DNA of 64,000 bases, from positions 5,399,553-5,463,552 of the forward strand of contig CBDBGH010000003.1 in NCBI GenBank assembly GCA_965205265.1. Reading direction: 5' to 3'. Under the pieces are notes generated by a model. That model was given only the letters and a program-made list of their open reading frames with translations, was not told the DNA's origin and searched no databases. Shown piece by piece: positions 37,480-47,385 of this stretch (the first letter of the stretch is position 1; the number at the start of each line of letters is the position of its first letter). Both the position numbers and the translations under genes were made by a program. The DNA is from Alphaproteobacteria bacterium (GTDB lineage Bacteria > Pseudomonadota > Alphaproteobacteria > Bin95).

Positions 37480-40400
37480 TTATTCGATTGCCAGTTCGGG
37501 AAGGGAGCGCACGATCTTCATGGTCTCCAGGCTGACGGTGATGACCCGCAGCAAGAGGTCAAGCGGATATCGCGGATCACCGACGGTCTCGGTCGCGTAG
37601 CGGTTGGCGTCGCTGACGACCCCGCTGGCCTTGTCGGTCCTGACACACTGGCGTTCCATGACCCAGGCGAGCGCGGGCTTGCCGTTGACGACGTATTCCC
37701 ATGCCGCCTCGGGGATGTCGCGGATGGTGATGCGGGAATTGTAGATCACCGTCGACCGATCCTTGCTCTTGCCCGATCCCGGATGGCGCATTTTCGTGAC
37801 CCGAAAGGCATCCTCGGCATCGGCCAGCAGCAGTTCGCCGGCGGTGTCGATCGTGGCCGGCCAGGGATCCACGGTCTCGTAACCGACATGCAGGTGCGCC
37901 AAGCGCTTCCCCGCATCGCGGAAGGACCGATAGTCCTTCACCGGCTTCACGCAGGGGATGCGCGGCAGTTCCTTGACAAGGTTGGCGGCAAAACGGTGGC
38001 GATAGTCCTCGGAATGCAGCAGCCCGTAGATGTAATGGAAGATGTCCTCCCGGCTCACGGACTCGGACGGATGGGCGTCACGGAAGTATTCGAGCGCGTA
38101 GACGGTGATGGCGTCGAGCCGCCTGTATCCGGCAATTCGCTCCCCGAGAAGGTCCGCTTCCGCGTCCTCGCTTCTTTCGTAGATCCAGAACGGAAAACAC
38201 TGGCCGGTGTCGATTGTGTGAAGGTTCGGCAACGCATCCATCATCAGCGCCGAAAATCCGGACCGCCCGCCCTTGCCCGTGACCGCGATGACCCGGTTGG
38301 GCAGATCGGCATTCGGGAAGATGCGGGGCATCTGATAGACCATCTCATTCAGCCGGCGGCTGAAGAATTGCCATTGCTTGGTGAAGGGGCGGTAGAGGCA
38401 GGGGACAAACGTGCCATCGCCTTGTCGGAGTTCTTTCCCTTTCCGGAGATCCTGCTTGAGAGAACGAGTCCAGCTGATCCTGGTGGGGTCTGAATTGACG
38501 AAGCTGTCAATCCCGGGAAGCGCCTCTCCCGTGAGCTTCCCCGTCTCGGTGGCCGCTCTCAACCGCCCCAGTTCGCCGCTATAGAACGAGATCGTCGACT
38601 CGATGTTCTCGGCCAGTGCGGTCGGGGACGGATTGATGCACCAGGCGTCCCGATTGGTAACCACGCCAAGGGAGTAGCTGTCGAACAGAACGCGACCGTT
38701 CCTGTCCTGCTTGTCCCCGATCTTCGGATACGCCTCGAAGCTGCGGTCACGCTGGTCCAGCCAGTCGCCATGTTCGTCGGGCGTGATCCGCCGCCATCCG
38801 CGGGCTTGCTCGATTCCACGGATGCTACCGAGCCGCTTGACGGTCTCGAGCTTCTGCTTCCGGTCCAGGTCGTCACCGATGTCATGGAACAGGATGCGGC
38901 CCTGTTCCGGGGCGTCCGGGTTCTTGACGAAGACCGTGATCGCGACCCCCGTCATGCTTCCCTGTCCGAACACGTTTTCACCCTCACCCGCGCGTCCGCC
39001 GGACAGCATGTTCTTGCGAATGTCGCCACGAAGGTGAAAGACGTGAACGCGAGCGAACTCGCGGGCCAGACACTTCCGCAGACCGTCGGCAAATGCGCGC
39101 TCGATCCAGGCGCTGCCGGTAATGTACGCCATCACCCCGGCCTTCCCGAGCCGATCGCTGCCCCAGCGGATCGCGCGGATGTAGCTGTCGTAGAGATTCT
39201 GCTTCAGGCCCGCGGCAGAGCGTTCCGCATAGGTGTCCCGAATTCGCTGGTCCAGCCATGCATACGCGACATTCTTCGCGTTGTCGTTTTCGCTTTTCTG
39301 CCCTGCCGAATAGGGCGGGTTGCCGATAATGACCCGGATGTCGGTCGCTTTCTGCCGCTCGCGCCGATCCGTGTTGTCTTTCATGTAGAAGGACAGCTCG
39401 TCGTCGCCTTCGTGCAGGGCGAAGGTATCGGTCAGGCAGATGCCGGCATAGGGCAGGTAGTCGTCGCGGTTCGCGACCGAATGGAAGAAAACGGACTCGA
39501 TGTTGATGGCGGCAATGTAGTAGGCGAGAAGCACGATGTCGTTTGCGTGGATTTCCCCGCGGTACTTGCGCTCCAGGTCTTCGGGCGCGATCAGCCCCGA
39601 TTGCAGCAGCCGGGTGATGAAGGTGCCGGTTCCGACGAAGGGGTCGATGATGTGGACGCCTTCGGAGCCGATCGTCTGGCCGAACTCCTCCTGCAAGGCC
39701 TCGTTCACCGAGCGGATGATGAAGTCCACGATCTCGACCGGCGTGTAGACGATGCCGAGCATCTGCGTCGTGCGCGGAAACGCGCTTCGGAAGAACTTGT
39801 CGTAGAGTTCCACGATCAGCTTCTGCCGCGCCTGCGGATCGGTGATCCCCGCCGCCCGCCGGCGCACCGAGGCGTAGAAGCCTTCAAGCGCCTTCGCTTC
39901 GCGCTTGATCTGCACCTCGTCGATCACGGACAGGACCTCCGTCATCGCGGCCGAGACCGGGTTCCTGTCGACAAAGGGAGACCCCTCGAACAGCGCGTCG
40001 AACACGGGCCGCGTGATCAGATGCTGCGCCAGCATCTCGATGGCGTCGTGTTCCGTGATCGACTCGTTGAGATCGTCGCGGAGCTCCAGAAGGAAATCCT
40101 GGAAGAACGACCGGGCGTCGCTTTCGGGTTGCTGCACAAGGCTGGATATGCGCGTGACGTGGCGTTCCGCAATCTCGGCGACATCTTTCGCCCAGTCTTC
40201 CCAGTAGTCGCGCGTACCGCACTTCTCGACGATCTTCGCCATCACGGCGCGCGAGAACTCGTCAATCACCAATGGCAGAGGCTCCTGCGGCCCGCCCCTG
40301 CCTTCGGAGTCGCCCGACCCTCCTCGTCCTATACCCGGCCTGGGCGGCGCGGGGCGCCTCGGCAGGTCATCTACCGTCGCCGTGACCGCAGCGAGTTCGG

Positions 40401-42378
40401 CACCGGCACGCGGAGACCGGCCGTCGACGATCGCGATGCGGCCGCTGACATCCTGTCCGAGACCGCCCTGGTTGATCACCGCACCCAGCCCTTCGTCATG
40501 GGCGCGGAGCGCGTTCAGAATCTGCCAGACCACCCGGTACTTCTCGTTGTCGCCGAGCGCCACATCCGCGGGAACGCCCGGCGGTACGCCGACCGGAAGA
40601 ATGACGTACCCCATCCGTTTGCCAGGCGCCTGACGCATTACCCGGCCCACCGCCTGCACGACGTCGATCTGGCTGTTGCGTGGATGCAGGAACAGGATCG
40701 CGTCGAGGGCCGGCACGTCGACGCCCTCGGTGAGGCATCGCGCGTTGCTCAGAATCCGGCAGACATTGGCGCCCGCGTCTTCCTTGAGCCAGTCGAGCCG
40801 CTGACCCCGCTCGCGGGCGTTGTAGGTGCCGTCCACATGACGGACTTCGCAGAAGACGCCGTTTCCTTCGTCGTCGCCAATCTCGGCCTGGAACTCGACG
40901 ACCACCTGCTCGAACTCGTTTCGAACGAGCTTCGAGCTGTTGATGCTCCGGCAGAATGCAAGGGCGCGGCGCATCGGTTCGGGATCGTCCGCGGCCGTTC
41001 CCGCGAGCCCCGTTTTGGACAGCGCCTTCCAGCAACCGACGATCTTCGTCGCATCGTCGAGCACAAGCTCGGTGTTCTCGTCGGCGAGGCGCTTCTGCAC
41101 CGCGGCGCTGACCTGCCCCTCGTCCATGACCAGAACGATCACGCGGTAGTCGGTCAGGATGCCGCTCTCGACCGCCCGGGCGAACCCGTGATGAAACAGC
41201 ACCTCCCCGTAGAGGTCCGGATCGTCCATCGAGGCGAGAACGGCCTCCGCATCGCGCGCCTTCGATTTCGCGTTTTCGCCGTAGATGCGCGGCGTCGCCG
41301 TCATGTAGAGCCGCTTGCGGCCCCGGATCACCTCGTTGTCATGCACCTTCACGAAATTCGACTCGTCCTCGCCGGCAAACGTCACCCCCGTCGTGCGGTG
41401 GGCCTCGTCGCAGACGATCAGGTCGAACTCCGGAAGACCGTGCTTCGCCTGTGCGGCAGCAATGACCGATATCGACTGGTAGGTCGCGAAGACGACCCGC
41501 ATCGCGCCGTCGTCCGATGCGGCGGCCGCCCGCGCCAGCAATCCCGCATCCGTCGTCGCCGGAAGGGCGAGATCGCTCACTTCAAGCTCGGCAACATCAT
41601 TCGCGCTGCGCCGCCGCTTGCCCACTTGAGCATCGGAACAGACGGCGAAAGCCGTCAACGGCAGAACCGCATCGGCGCACCATTCGCGCACCGTCTGCGC
41701 CATCAGCGCCAGCGAGGGCACCAGAAGCAGCACATGGCCGCCGGAGCCCGCTGTGTCCTCGGCAATCCGCAGCCCGGTCAGGGTCTTTCCCGTACCGCAG
41801 GCCATGATCAGCTTGCCCCGGTCGGCCCCGTCCAGCCCGTCCCGCACCGCCTCCAGCGCCTCGACCTGGTCCGGACGCAAGGCCTTCGGCTCGGGCCGCG
41901 CAATCTCCCCGGTCGCCGCAAACGCCGACCAGTCCACCTCGCTGTCCCGAAGATCGCGCAGCCCGATCCGGGTGGTCGGGATCGTCTGGCCGCGCAGCAT
42001 CGTCTCGGCGTTCGGACTCCAAGCCACGTCGGTGGTCTCGACGATCGTCCGCTCCGCGAACGGGGATTTCGCGGATGCCGAGATGAAGCTGTCGATGTCG
42101 TCCTTCCGGATCCGCCGGTCCGAAGCGAAGAACTTGCACTGGATTGCCGCAAGACCGCCGTCATGCCGTGTCGCGACCAGATCGATCCCCGTGTCGCTGC
42201 GGTCCTCTTCCCGACGGCGCGCCCATTCGGACCAGGAGTCCACCCGTTCGAAGCGCCTCGCCTGCACCGGGTCGGTGACCAGCCAGGCCGCGACCAGCTT
42301 TTCGAACGCGGTGCCCTTGTCGCGTTCGCTGATGGCGGCGGCCCGGTAGGCCTCGAGAAGGCGATCCAGAGGATTCAT
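37480..42378 (-). CDS. Type ISP single-chain restriction-modification enzyme (Mrr nuclease, SF2 helicase, m6A MTase, TRD)
   Basis: GIDLVA..AIQCKF; MACGTGKT; CDEAHRT; QAVGRVMR; DPFVGTGTF; GNPPYS; C-terminal YRPFTKQW and YVVNGKPALAWVMER. Confidence 0.92.
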   Translation of the reverse strand: MNPLDRLLEAYRAAAISERDKGTAFEKLVAAWLVTDPVQARRFERVDSWSEWARRREEDRSDTGIDLVATRHDGGLAAIQCKFFASDRRIRKDDIDSFISASAKSPFAERTIVETTDVAWSPNAETMLRGQTIPTTRIGLRDLRDSEVDWSAFAATGEIARPEPKALRPDQVEALEAVRDGLDGADRGKLIMACGTGKTLTGLRIAEDTAGSGGHVLLLVPSLALMAQTVREWCADAVLPLTAFAVCSDAQVGKRRRSANDVAELEVSDLALPATTDAGLLARAAAASDDGAMRVVFATYQSISVIAAAQAKHGLPEFDLIVCDEAHRTTGVTFAGEDESNFVKVHDNEVIRGRKRLYMTATPRIYGENAKSKARDAEAVLASMDDPDLYGEVLFHHGFARAVESGILTDYRVIVLVMDEGQVSAAVQKRLADENTELVLDDATKIVGCWKALSKTGLAGTAADDPEPMRRALAFCRSINSSKLVRNEFEQVVVEFQAEIGDDEGNGVFCEVRHVDGTYNARERGQRLDWLKEDAGANVCRILSNARCLTEGVDVPALDAILFLHPRNSQIDVVQAVGRVMRQAPGKRMGYVILPVGVPPGVPADVALGDNEKYRVVWQILNALRAHDEGLGAVINQGGLGQDVSGRIAIVDGRSPRAGAELAAVTATVDDLPRRPAPPRPGIGRGGSGDSEGRGGPQEPLPLVIDEFSRAVMAKIVEKCGTRDYWEDWAKDVAEIAERHVTRISSLVQQPESDARSFFQDFLLELRDDLNESITEHDAIEMLAQHLITRPVFDALFEGSPFVDRNPVSAAMTEVLSVIDEVQIKREAKALEGFYASVRRRAAGITDPQARQKLIVELYDKFFRSAFPRTTQMLGIVYTPVEIVDFIIRSVNEALQEEFGQTIGSEGVHIIDPFVGTGTFITRLLQSGLIAPEDLERKYRGEIHANDIVLLAYYIAAINIESVFFHSVANRDDYLPYAGICLTDTFALHEGDDELSFYMKDNTDRRERQKATDIRVIIGNPPYSAGQKSENDNAKNVAYAWLDQRIRDTYAERSAAGLKQNLYDSYIRAIRWGSDRLGKAGVMAYITGSAWIERAFADGLRKCLAREFARVHVFHLRGDIRKNMLSGGRAGEGENVFGQGSMTGVAITVFVKNPDAPEQGRILFHDIGDDLDRKQKLETVKRLGSIRGIEQARGWRRITPDEHGDWLDQRDRSFEAYPKIGDKQDRNGRVLFDSYSLGVVTNRDAWCINPSPTALAENIESTISFYSGELGRLRAATETGKLTGEALPGIDSFVNSDPTRISWTRSLKQDLRKGKELRQGDGTFVPCLYRPFTKQWQFFSRRLNEMVYQMPRIFPNADLPNRVIAVTGKGGRSGFSALMMDALPNLHTIDTGQCFPFWIYERSEDAEADLLGERIAGYRRLDAITVYALEYFRDAHPSESVSREDIFHYIYGLLHSEDYRHRFAANLVKELPRIPCVKPVKDYRSFRDAGKRLAHLHVGYETVDPWPATIDTAGELLLADAEDAFRVTKMRHPGSGKSKDRSTVIYNSRITIRDIPEAAWEYVVNGKPALAWVMERQCVRTDKASGVVSDANRYATETVGDPRYPLDLLLRVITVSLETMKIVRSLPELAIE

Positions 42379-42504
42379 CGCGGAAACCCGAACCGACAAA
42401 AGTGAAGCGCGGAATGTGCATGCCGGTTCGGAGACCGCCCGCCCGCTGATTGCGGACGAAGGCCGTTGGGCATGGGCCACAGGGTCGGGCAAGGGTGTGG
42501 CATG

Positions 42505-42954
42505 TCAGGTGCGGGCCTCAGCCCAGGGATCGACGGTTTCGACACCGGTGTTGCGGAACTCGCCGGTGTTCCGCGTGACCACGGCAAGCCCGCGCGTGGC
42601 CGCGGCGGCGGCGAGTAAGGCGTCGGGCACGTGATCGTCGAGCGGCTCGCCGCGCCTGCGCTTGTCTTCCATGATCCGCGCGCATGTCCGCGCATCAGCG
42701 AGGGTCCATTCGACGATCCGGTCCTCGAACAACTCGTCCAGAAGATCCTGGAACCGGTCGGCGAGACCGCGCCGGCGTCGGCCCGGATCGAGTCGGCCGA
42801 TGCCATCGAGAACTTCCCAGACGGTGATTGACGCGAGCCCGAGACCTTCCTCTGCAATCGAGTCGAGATAGGTCGCGACCCGAGGCTCGGGCCTCGGGCG
42901 CATCATCTCGGAGACGACGTTCGTGTCTATCAGCCACGCGAGCGGGGCGGTCAT
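42505..42954 (-). CDS. vapC: VapC/PIN-domain toxin
   Basis: LIDTNVVSE, ITVWEV, DALLAA, VVTRNTGEF. Confidence 0.9.
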   Translation of the reverse strand: MTAPLAWLIDTNVVSEMMRPRPEPRVATYLDSIAEEGLGLASITVWEVLDGIGRLDPGRRRRGLADRFQDLLDELFEDRIVEWTLADARTCARIMEDKRRRGEPLDDHVPDALLAAAAATRGLAVVTRNTGEFRNTGVETVDPWAEART

Positions 42955-43208
42955 TCTTCGCCCTCGCCGGAGAACGACAGCGGTTTGTAGCCGCAACGGA
43001 CCGGGGCGGGAAGCTCGACGCCGTGCTCTTCCCCGAAATGACGCGCGAAGGCCTCGGATGGCTTCGGCCGCCGCTCGGTCTTCGCGCGCTTCTCGTGGAT
43101 CAGGCGACGGACCAGCTCTTCCATCGACACGCCGACCTGCCGGGCCTCGCGCCGGAGCCAGGACTTGTCCCCGGGATCGATGTCGCGGACGGTGATGCTG
43201 CTGCCCAT
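42951..43208 (-). CDS. FitA-like ribbon-helix-helix antitoxin
   Basis: SITVRDID...LRREARQVGVSMEELVRRLI; 4-nt overlap with vapC. Confidence 0.85.
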   Translation of the reverse strand: MGSSITVRDIDPGDKSWLRREARQVGVSMEELVRRLIHEKRAKTERRPKPSEAFARHFGEEHGVELPAPVRCGYKPLSFSGEGEE

Positions 43209-43390
43209 GGCGGCGGCTCCTGTTCAGTCGGGAACCGAGAAACGGGCCACCCGACAATCAAATTATGCTATCGGGAAGCGCAGGTCAAAGACTCAAAGAC
43301 TTGCGGTTCCGGCTTGGGAGACACGCCGATGCTGCGGATTTCGTCCGCGGTCCGGCTGATCTTGCGGAACGGGCTGCTGCCGCTGTCACA

Positions 43391-43420
43391 GTCACGCGCA
43401 CATCAGCGCACGTCAGCGCA
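43391..43420 (-). repeat. Three 10-bp-period repeats, inverted relative to the 34714 array
   Basis: GTCACGCGCA CATCAGCGCA CGTCAGCGCA (reverse complement gives TGCGCTGA twice), followed by an AT-rich tract. Confidence 0.5.
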
Positions 43421-43648
43421 TGCCTGTCTTCAACCTGTTGAATTCACTACATTATTGATGTTGCGGTGTGCATGATTTCACCTTAGGTTCTTGTCGGGAA
43501 GCCGCCGGAATGCCGATGGCTCACCGGGGCGACTGCGATCGTTTGGTCTTCCCGGGGCGCCGACGGGTTCCGCTAATGCCGTATCGAGGAGAGCGTATTG
43601 CCGGGAAGCCGCACCCATCGTCGCTCACGCACCGGATGGAGGTCCGTC

Positions 43649-44329
43649 ATCGACCCCGGGCTGTGGCGGCAGGGGTTCGTCGCGGGGACCCTGGGCGCGG
43701 TCTCGATGGCGCTCCTCGCCTGCGCGGCCGCGCTCGCGCGCGACACCAGCGGGCATGACTGGTATGCGGCATACAGGATCACGGTCGCCGACATCCTGAT
43801 CGGCGTCGGCTTCGACGGGGATACGCCGGTCGAGTACCGCAACGCGGACGGCGCGGTCGAGTCCCTGAGCCGTTTCGGCCTGACCCATGGTTTCGAGGCG
43901 CGCTGGGCGCGGAAGGACATTCTGGAGGCGGCCTGGAAGGGGGCGATGCTGGGCGCGCTTTCCGGGTTCGGCGGCGCGCTGCTGTGCCTCGTGCTGGCCT
44001 GGCCGTCCATGTGCGAGCGCCGGGGCCGGCGTCCCGCATACGAGCCGGTGCCCGATCCGCGGAGCGATGCGCCGGACCGGTTAGCATCGGCACCGACGAG
44101 TTCGGTGTTCACGCCGGTTGCGGCGAGACCCGGATTTTCACCGTGTTCAGCGACTGCCGCGCCGGATCGCACGGCCGTACCCGAACCTCCTGACTCTCAG
44201 GGTGCCGAACCTGCGGGCACGAGGCGAAGCGGGCCCGGCTCCGACAAGGACAATAGGGCGGAACCCGACGCGGAGCCCGCGCGCCATGCGCGCCGGAGTC
44301 GCCAGCGCGACTACGGGCGCTGGGTCTGA
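43649..44329 (+). pseudogene. Probable TraD/TrwB coupling-protein N-terminal remnant (no ATPase domain)
   Basis: Two hydrophobic segments and a Pro-rich tail; stop overlaps the relaxase ATG; GGAGG precedes an in-frame ATC rather than ATG. Confidence 0.45.
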
Positions 44330-47280
44330 TGGTTGCCTCGATCGGCGCGGTCGCGAGCCCGTCCCAGGGGGCGCACTACTACGAGGCCGATGGCTACTAC
44401 GCGAAGGACTCCCTCGAACATCGCGCCGCCAGCGCCTGGGCGGGCCGGGGCGCCGAAGCGCTCGGCCTGTCCGGTCCGGTCGATCCCGATGCGTTCAGGG
44501 CGGTGCTGGAGGGTGAGGTGCCGGACGGCTCGGGGAAGCGTCTCGGCCGCCGCATGGGCGAGGACGGGATCGTCCACCGGCCCGGCCGCGACCTGACCTT
44601 CAGCGCGCCGAAGAGTGTCTCCCTCGCGGCTCTGGTCGGCGGCGACGGGCGCATCGTGGATGCCCACGACCGGGCGGTCGGGCGCGCGCTCGACCGGTTC
44701 GAGAGCAACGCCGCCGAGACCCGGGTGCAGGACAGGTCGACCGGCCGCATGGTCCGGGCCGGCGATCAGAGGACGGTGGTCGCCCGGTTCAGGCACGAGA
44801 CTTCCCGGAACCTCGATCCGGCGCTGCACACCCATTCGGTGATCGCCAACATGCTGCTCGGCCCGGACGGGAAATGGCGCACCATGGCGAACGAGAGCCT
44901 GTACGCCTCGAAGATGCTGCTGGGCGCGCTCTACCGCAGCGAGCTTGCGAGGGAACTGACATCGCTCGGCTACGGCATCGAGCGGACCCATGCCGACGGG
45001 CGCTTCGAGATCGCGGGCGTTTCCCGCGAGGTCATCGAAGCGTTCTCGACGCGCCGGGCCGAGATCGAGGCGGCGATGGCGGGCCGGGGCTTCGGGTCGA
45101 CGGCGGAGAACCAGCATGCCGCCCGCCGCGCGGCGCTGATGACGCGGGCGGCGAAGCGCGATGTGGACCGGGAGGCGCTGCGCGAGACCTGGGCCAAGCA
45201 GGCCGCCGAACTCGGCTTCGACGCCGGGGCGCTGGTGGCCGAGGCGGCGGCGCGGAGCCTGGGCGGTGCGGAGAAGGAAGCCGGCGCGGCGAGAGATGCG
45301 GACCTGTTCGAGCACGCGGCGCGGGCGGACCCTGCGAGGGAAGCGGTGGACTGGGCGCTGGCCCATCTCTCGGAGCGCGATGCGGTGTTCGCCAGGACCG
45401 ACCTGCTCGCGGCCGCGCTTGCGTACAACCCCGGCGTGGCCTCCATCGGCGAGATCGAGCGGGCCGTCGCCGGGCTCCGGCGCGAGGGCCGGCTGCACGA
45501 CGCGCCGGCGTTTGAGCAAGGCGGCGGCCTCACCACCGACAGGGCGGTGGCCGACGAGCGCGAGACGATCGCGCTGATGCGCGGCGGCGCGGGCCGGGGC
45601 CGTGCGCCGATGCGCGGCTGGAGGGTGGACCGGCATCTCAGGAAGGGACCGCTCACGGCCGGGCAGCGGGAGGCGGTGAAGCTCATTCTCTCGGAGAAGG
45701 ACCACACGGTCGGGGTGCAGGGGTTCGCCGGGACGGGGAAGACGCGGATGCTGAACCGCGCCCGGGCGCTGGCGGAGAAGAAGGGCTGGCGCATGGCGGG
45801 CCTCGCCCCGTCGGCCTCGGCGGTCCGCACGCTGGCGGCGGAATCGGGCATCGAGAGCGAGACCCTCCAGCGGTTCCTCGCGAGGAACGCCGGCGTCGCC
45901 GAGGGCAGGCTGACGAAGAAGGGCGCGAAGGACATGCGCGCGGCCTTCGCGAGGACCGTGCTGGTGGTCGACGAGGGCTCCCTCGCTTCCACCGTCCAGG
46001 CCCGCGACCTGCTCAGGATCGCCGCCGCCATCCGCATCCCGAAGCTGGTGCTGGTGGGCGATGCGAAGCAGCTCGACGCCGTCGATGCCGGCAAACCGTT
46101 CGCCCAGTTGCAGCAGGCGGGCATGAAGACCGCGGTGATGGACGAGATCCTGCGCCAGCGCGACCCCGGCCTGAAGGCCGCCGTCGAGGCGAGCCTCGCG
46201 GGCGAGATCGCCACGGCGTTCGACAGGCTCGGCTCCCATGTCGCCGAGGTGAAGCCCGACAACATCGCCGGCGCGGTGGCGGCACGGTGGCTCGCGCTCT
46301 CGCCCGAAGAGCGGGAGCGCACCGGGGTGATGGCGCCGAGCCATGAGTTGCGCGAGGGCATCAACGCCCATATCCGCGAACGCCTCGCCCGCGAGGGGCG
46401 CATCGCGGGGCCGGTCCTGCAAACCCGGCGGCTGGTCTCGAAGGACTACACGCACGCGGAGAAGGCGCTCGCCTCCAACTATGCCCCCGGCGACGTGGTC
46501 GCCTTCCACCGTCCCTACAGGCGGCTCGGCGTGGAGAAGGGCGACGAGCGCTGCGTCATGGGCGTCGATCGCAAGGCCCGCGCGGTGCTGCTGGACGACG
46601 GCCACGGCGGCCGGGTCGCCTGGAAGCCGTCGGAGATCGGCGGACGCAAGGGCGGGACCGAGGTCTACCGCGCCGAAACCGTCGAACTGCGCGCCGGCGA
46701 CCGCATCCGCTGGACCCGCAACGACAGAGGATTGGGACTGGTCAACTCCGGCACAGCCGAGGTGATCGGCGTGCGCAACGGGCGGGTGACGTTCCTGCTG
46801 GAGGAGGGGCGCAGGCTCACCCTGACCCCGGGCGATCCCCAGCTGCGCCATCTGGATCATGCCTGGGCCGCGACCGTGCATGCATTCCAGGGCCGCACCG
46901 TCGACAACGTGATCGCGGCGATGGAGGCGAACCACCCCAACCTGACCACCGCCAAGGCGTTCTATGTCGAGATATCCCGCGCCCGCGACCGGGCGGAACT
47001 GGTCACCGACGACGCCCAGGCGCTGAAGGAACGGCTGGAAGCGGTCACCGGCGAGCGCCTCTCGGCCCTCGAAGGCATCGGCGAGAGCCTCCGCCCGGAA
47101 CGCGAACGCGGGCGGGAAAAGGACGGGAAGGCGTCGCTCGACAGAGAGCGGGTGAGTGCCGAGACGTCGTCGCCGCACCCCCCGGTGCGGGATATCGAGC
47201 CGTTTCCGGCAAGGGACAAGGCGCCGGAGCCCGAACCGCCCGCCACGGGCAAGCGGATCGAGATGGACCTCGGGATGTAA
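44329..47280 (+). CDS. MobF (TrwC/TraI-type) relaxase-helicase
   Basis: HYYEADGYY, DLTFSAPKSVS, HETSRNLDPALHTH; helicase GFAGTGKT, VVDEGSL, TVHAFQGRT, YVEISRAR. Confidence 0.95.
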   Translation: MVASIGAVASPSQGAHYYEADGYYAKDSLEHRAASAWAGRGAEALGLSGPVDPDAFRAVLEGEVPDGSGKRLGRRMGEDGIVHRPGRDLTFSAPKSVSLAALVGGDGRIVDAHDRAVGRALDRFESNAAETRVQDRSTGRMVRAGDQRTVVARFRHETSRNLDPALHTHSVIANMLLGPDGKWRTMANESLYASKMLLGALYRSELARELTSLGYGIERTHADGRFEIAGVSREVIEAFSTRRAEIEAAMAGRGFGSTAENQHAARRAALMTRAAKRDVDREALRETWAKQAAELGFDAGALVAEAAARSLGGAEKEAGAARDADLFEHAARADPAREAVDWALAHLSERDAVFARTDLLAAALAYNPGVASIGEIERAVAGLRREGRLHDAPAFEQGGGLTTDRAVADERETIALMRGGAGRGRAPMRGWRVDRHLRKGPLTAGQREAVKLILSEKDHTVGVQGFAGTGKTRMLNRARALAEKKGWRMAGLAPSASAVRTLAAESGIESETLQRFLARNAGVAEGRLTKKGAKDMRAAFARTVLVVDEGSLASTVQARDLLRIAAAIRIPKLVLVGDAKQLDAVDAGKPFAQLQQAGMKTAVMDEILRQRDPGLKAAVEASLAGEIATAFDRLGSHVAEVKPDNIAGAVAARWLALSPEERERTGVMAPSHELREGINAHIRERLAREGRIAGPVLQTRRLVSKDYTHAEKALASNYAPGDVVAFHRPYRRLGVEKGDERCVMGVDRKARAVLLDDGHGGRVAWKPSEIGGRKGGTEVYRAETVELRAGDRIRWTRNDRGLGLVNSGTAEVIGVRNGRVTFLLEEGRRLTLTPGDPQLRHLDHAWAATVHAFQGRTVDNVIAAMEANHPNLTTAKAFYVEISRARDRAELVTDDAQALKERLEAVTGERLSALEGIGESLRPERERGREKDGKASLDRERVSAETSSPHPPVRDIEPFPARDKAPEPEPPATGKRIEMDLGM

Positions 47281-47385
47281 TGTGTGCGGACGGCAGCTCC
47301 TTTGCGGTCGCTTGTCCCGAGGCGCGAAGCACGATGAAGGTCATTTCCTGGAACAGTACCAGCACGCGCTCGCCGAGCCGTAATA

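Noticed and set aside
38770-42405. Large antisense ORFs (also 28593-31577, 34911-37361, 44311-47178, 59674-62838)
   Set aside because: High-GC shadow frames opposite well-supported genes, with no recognisable motifs
43480-43505. TTAGGTTCTTG resembling a tRNA-Leu anticodon-arm att remnant
   Set aside because: Only ~8 nt match, and no T-arm or acceptor stem follows
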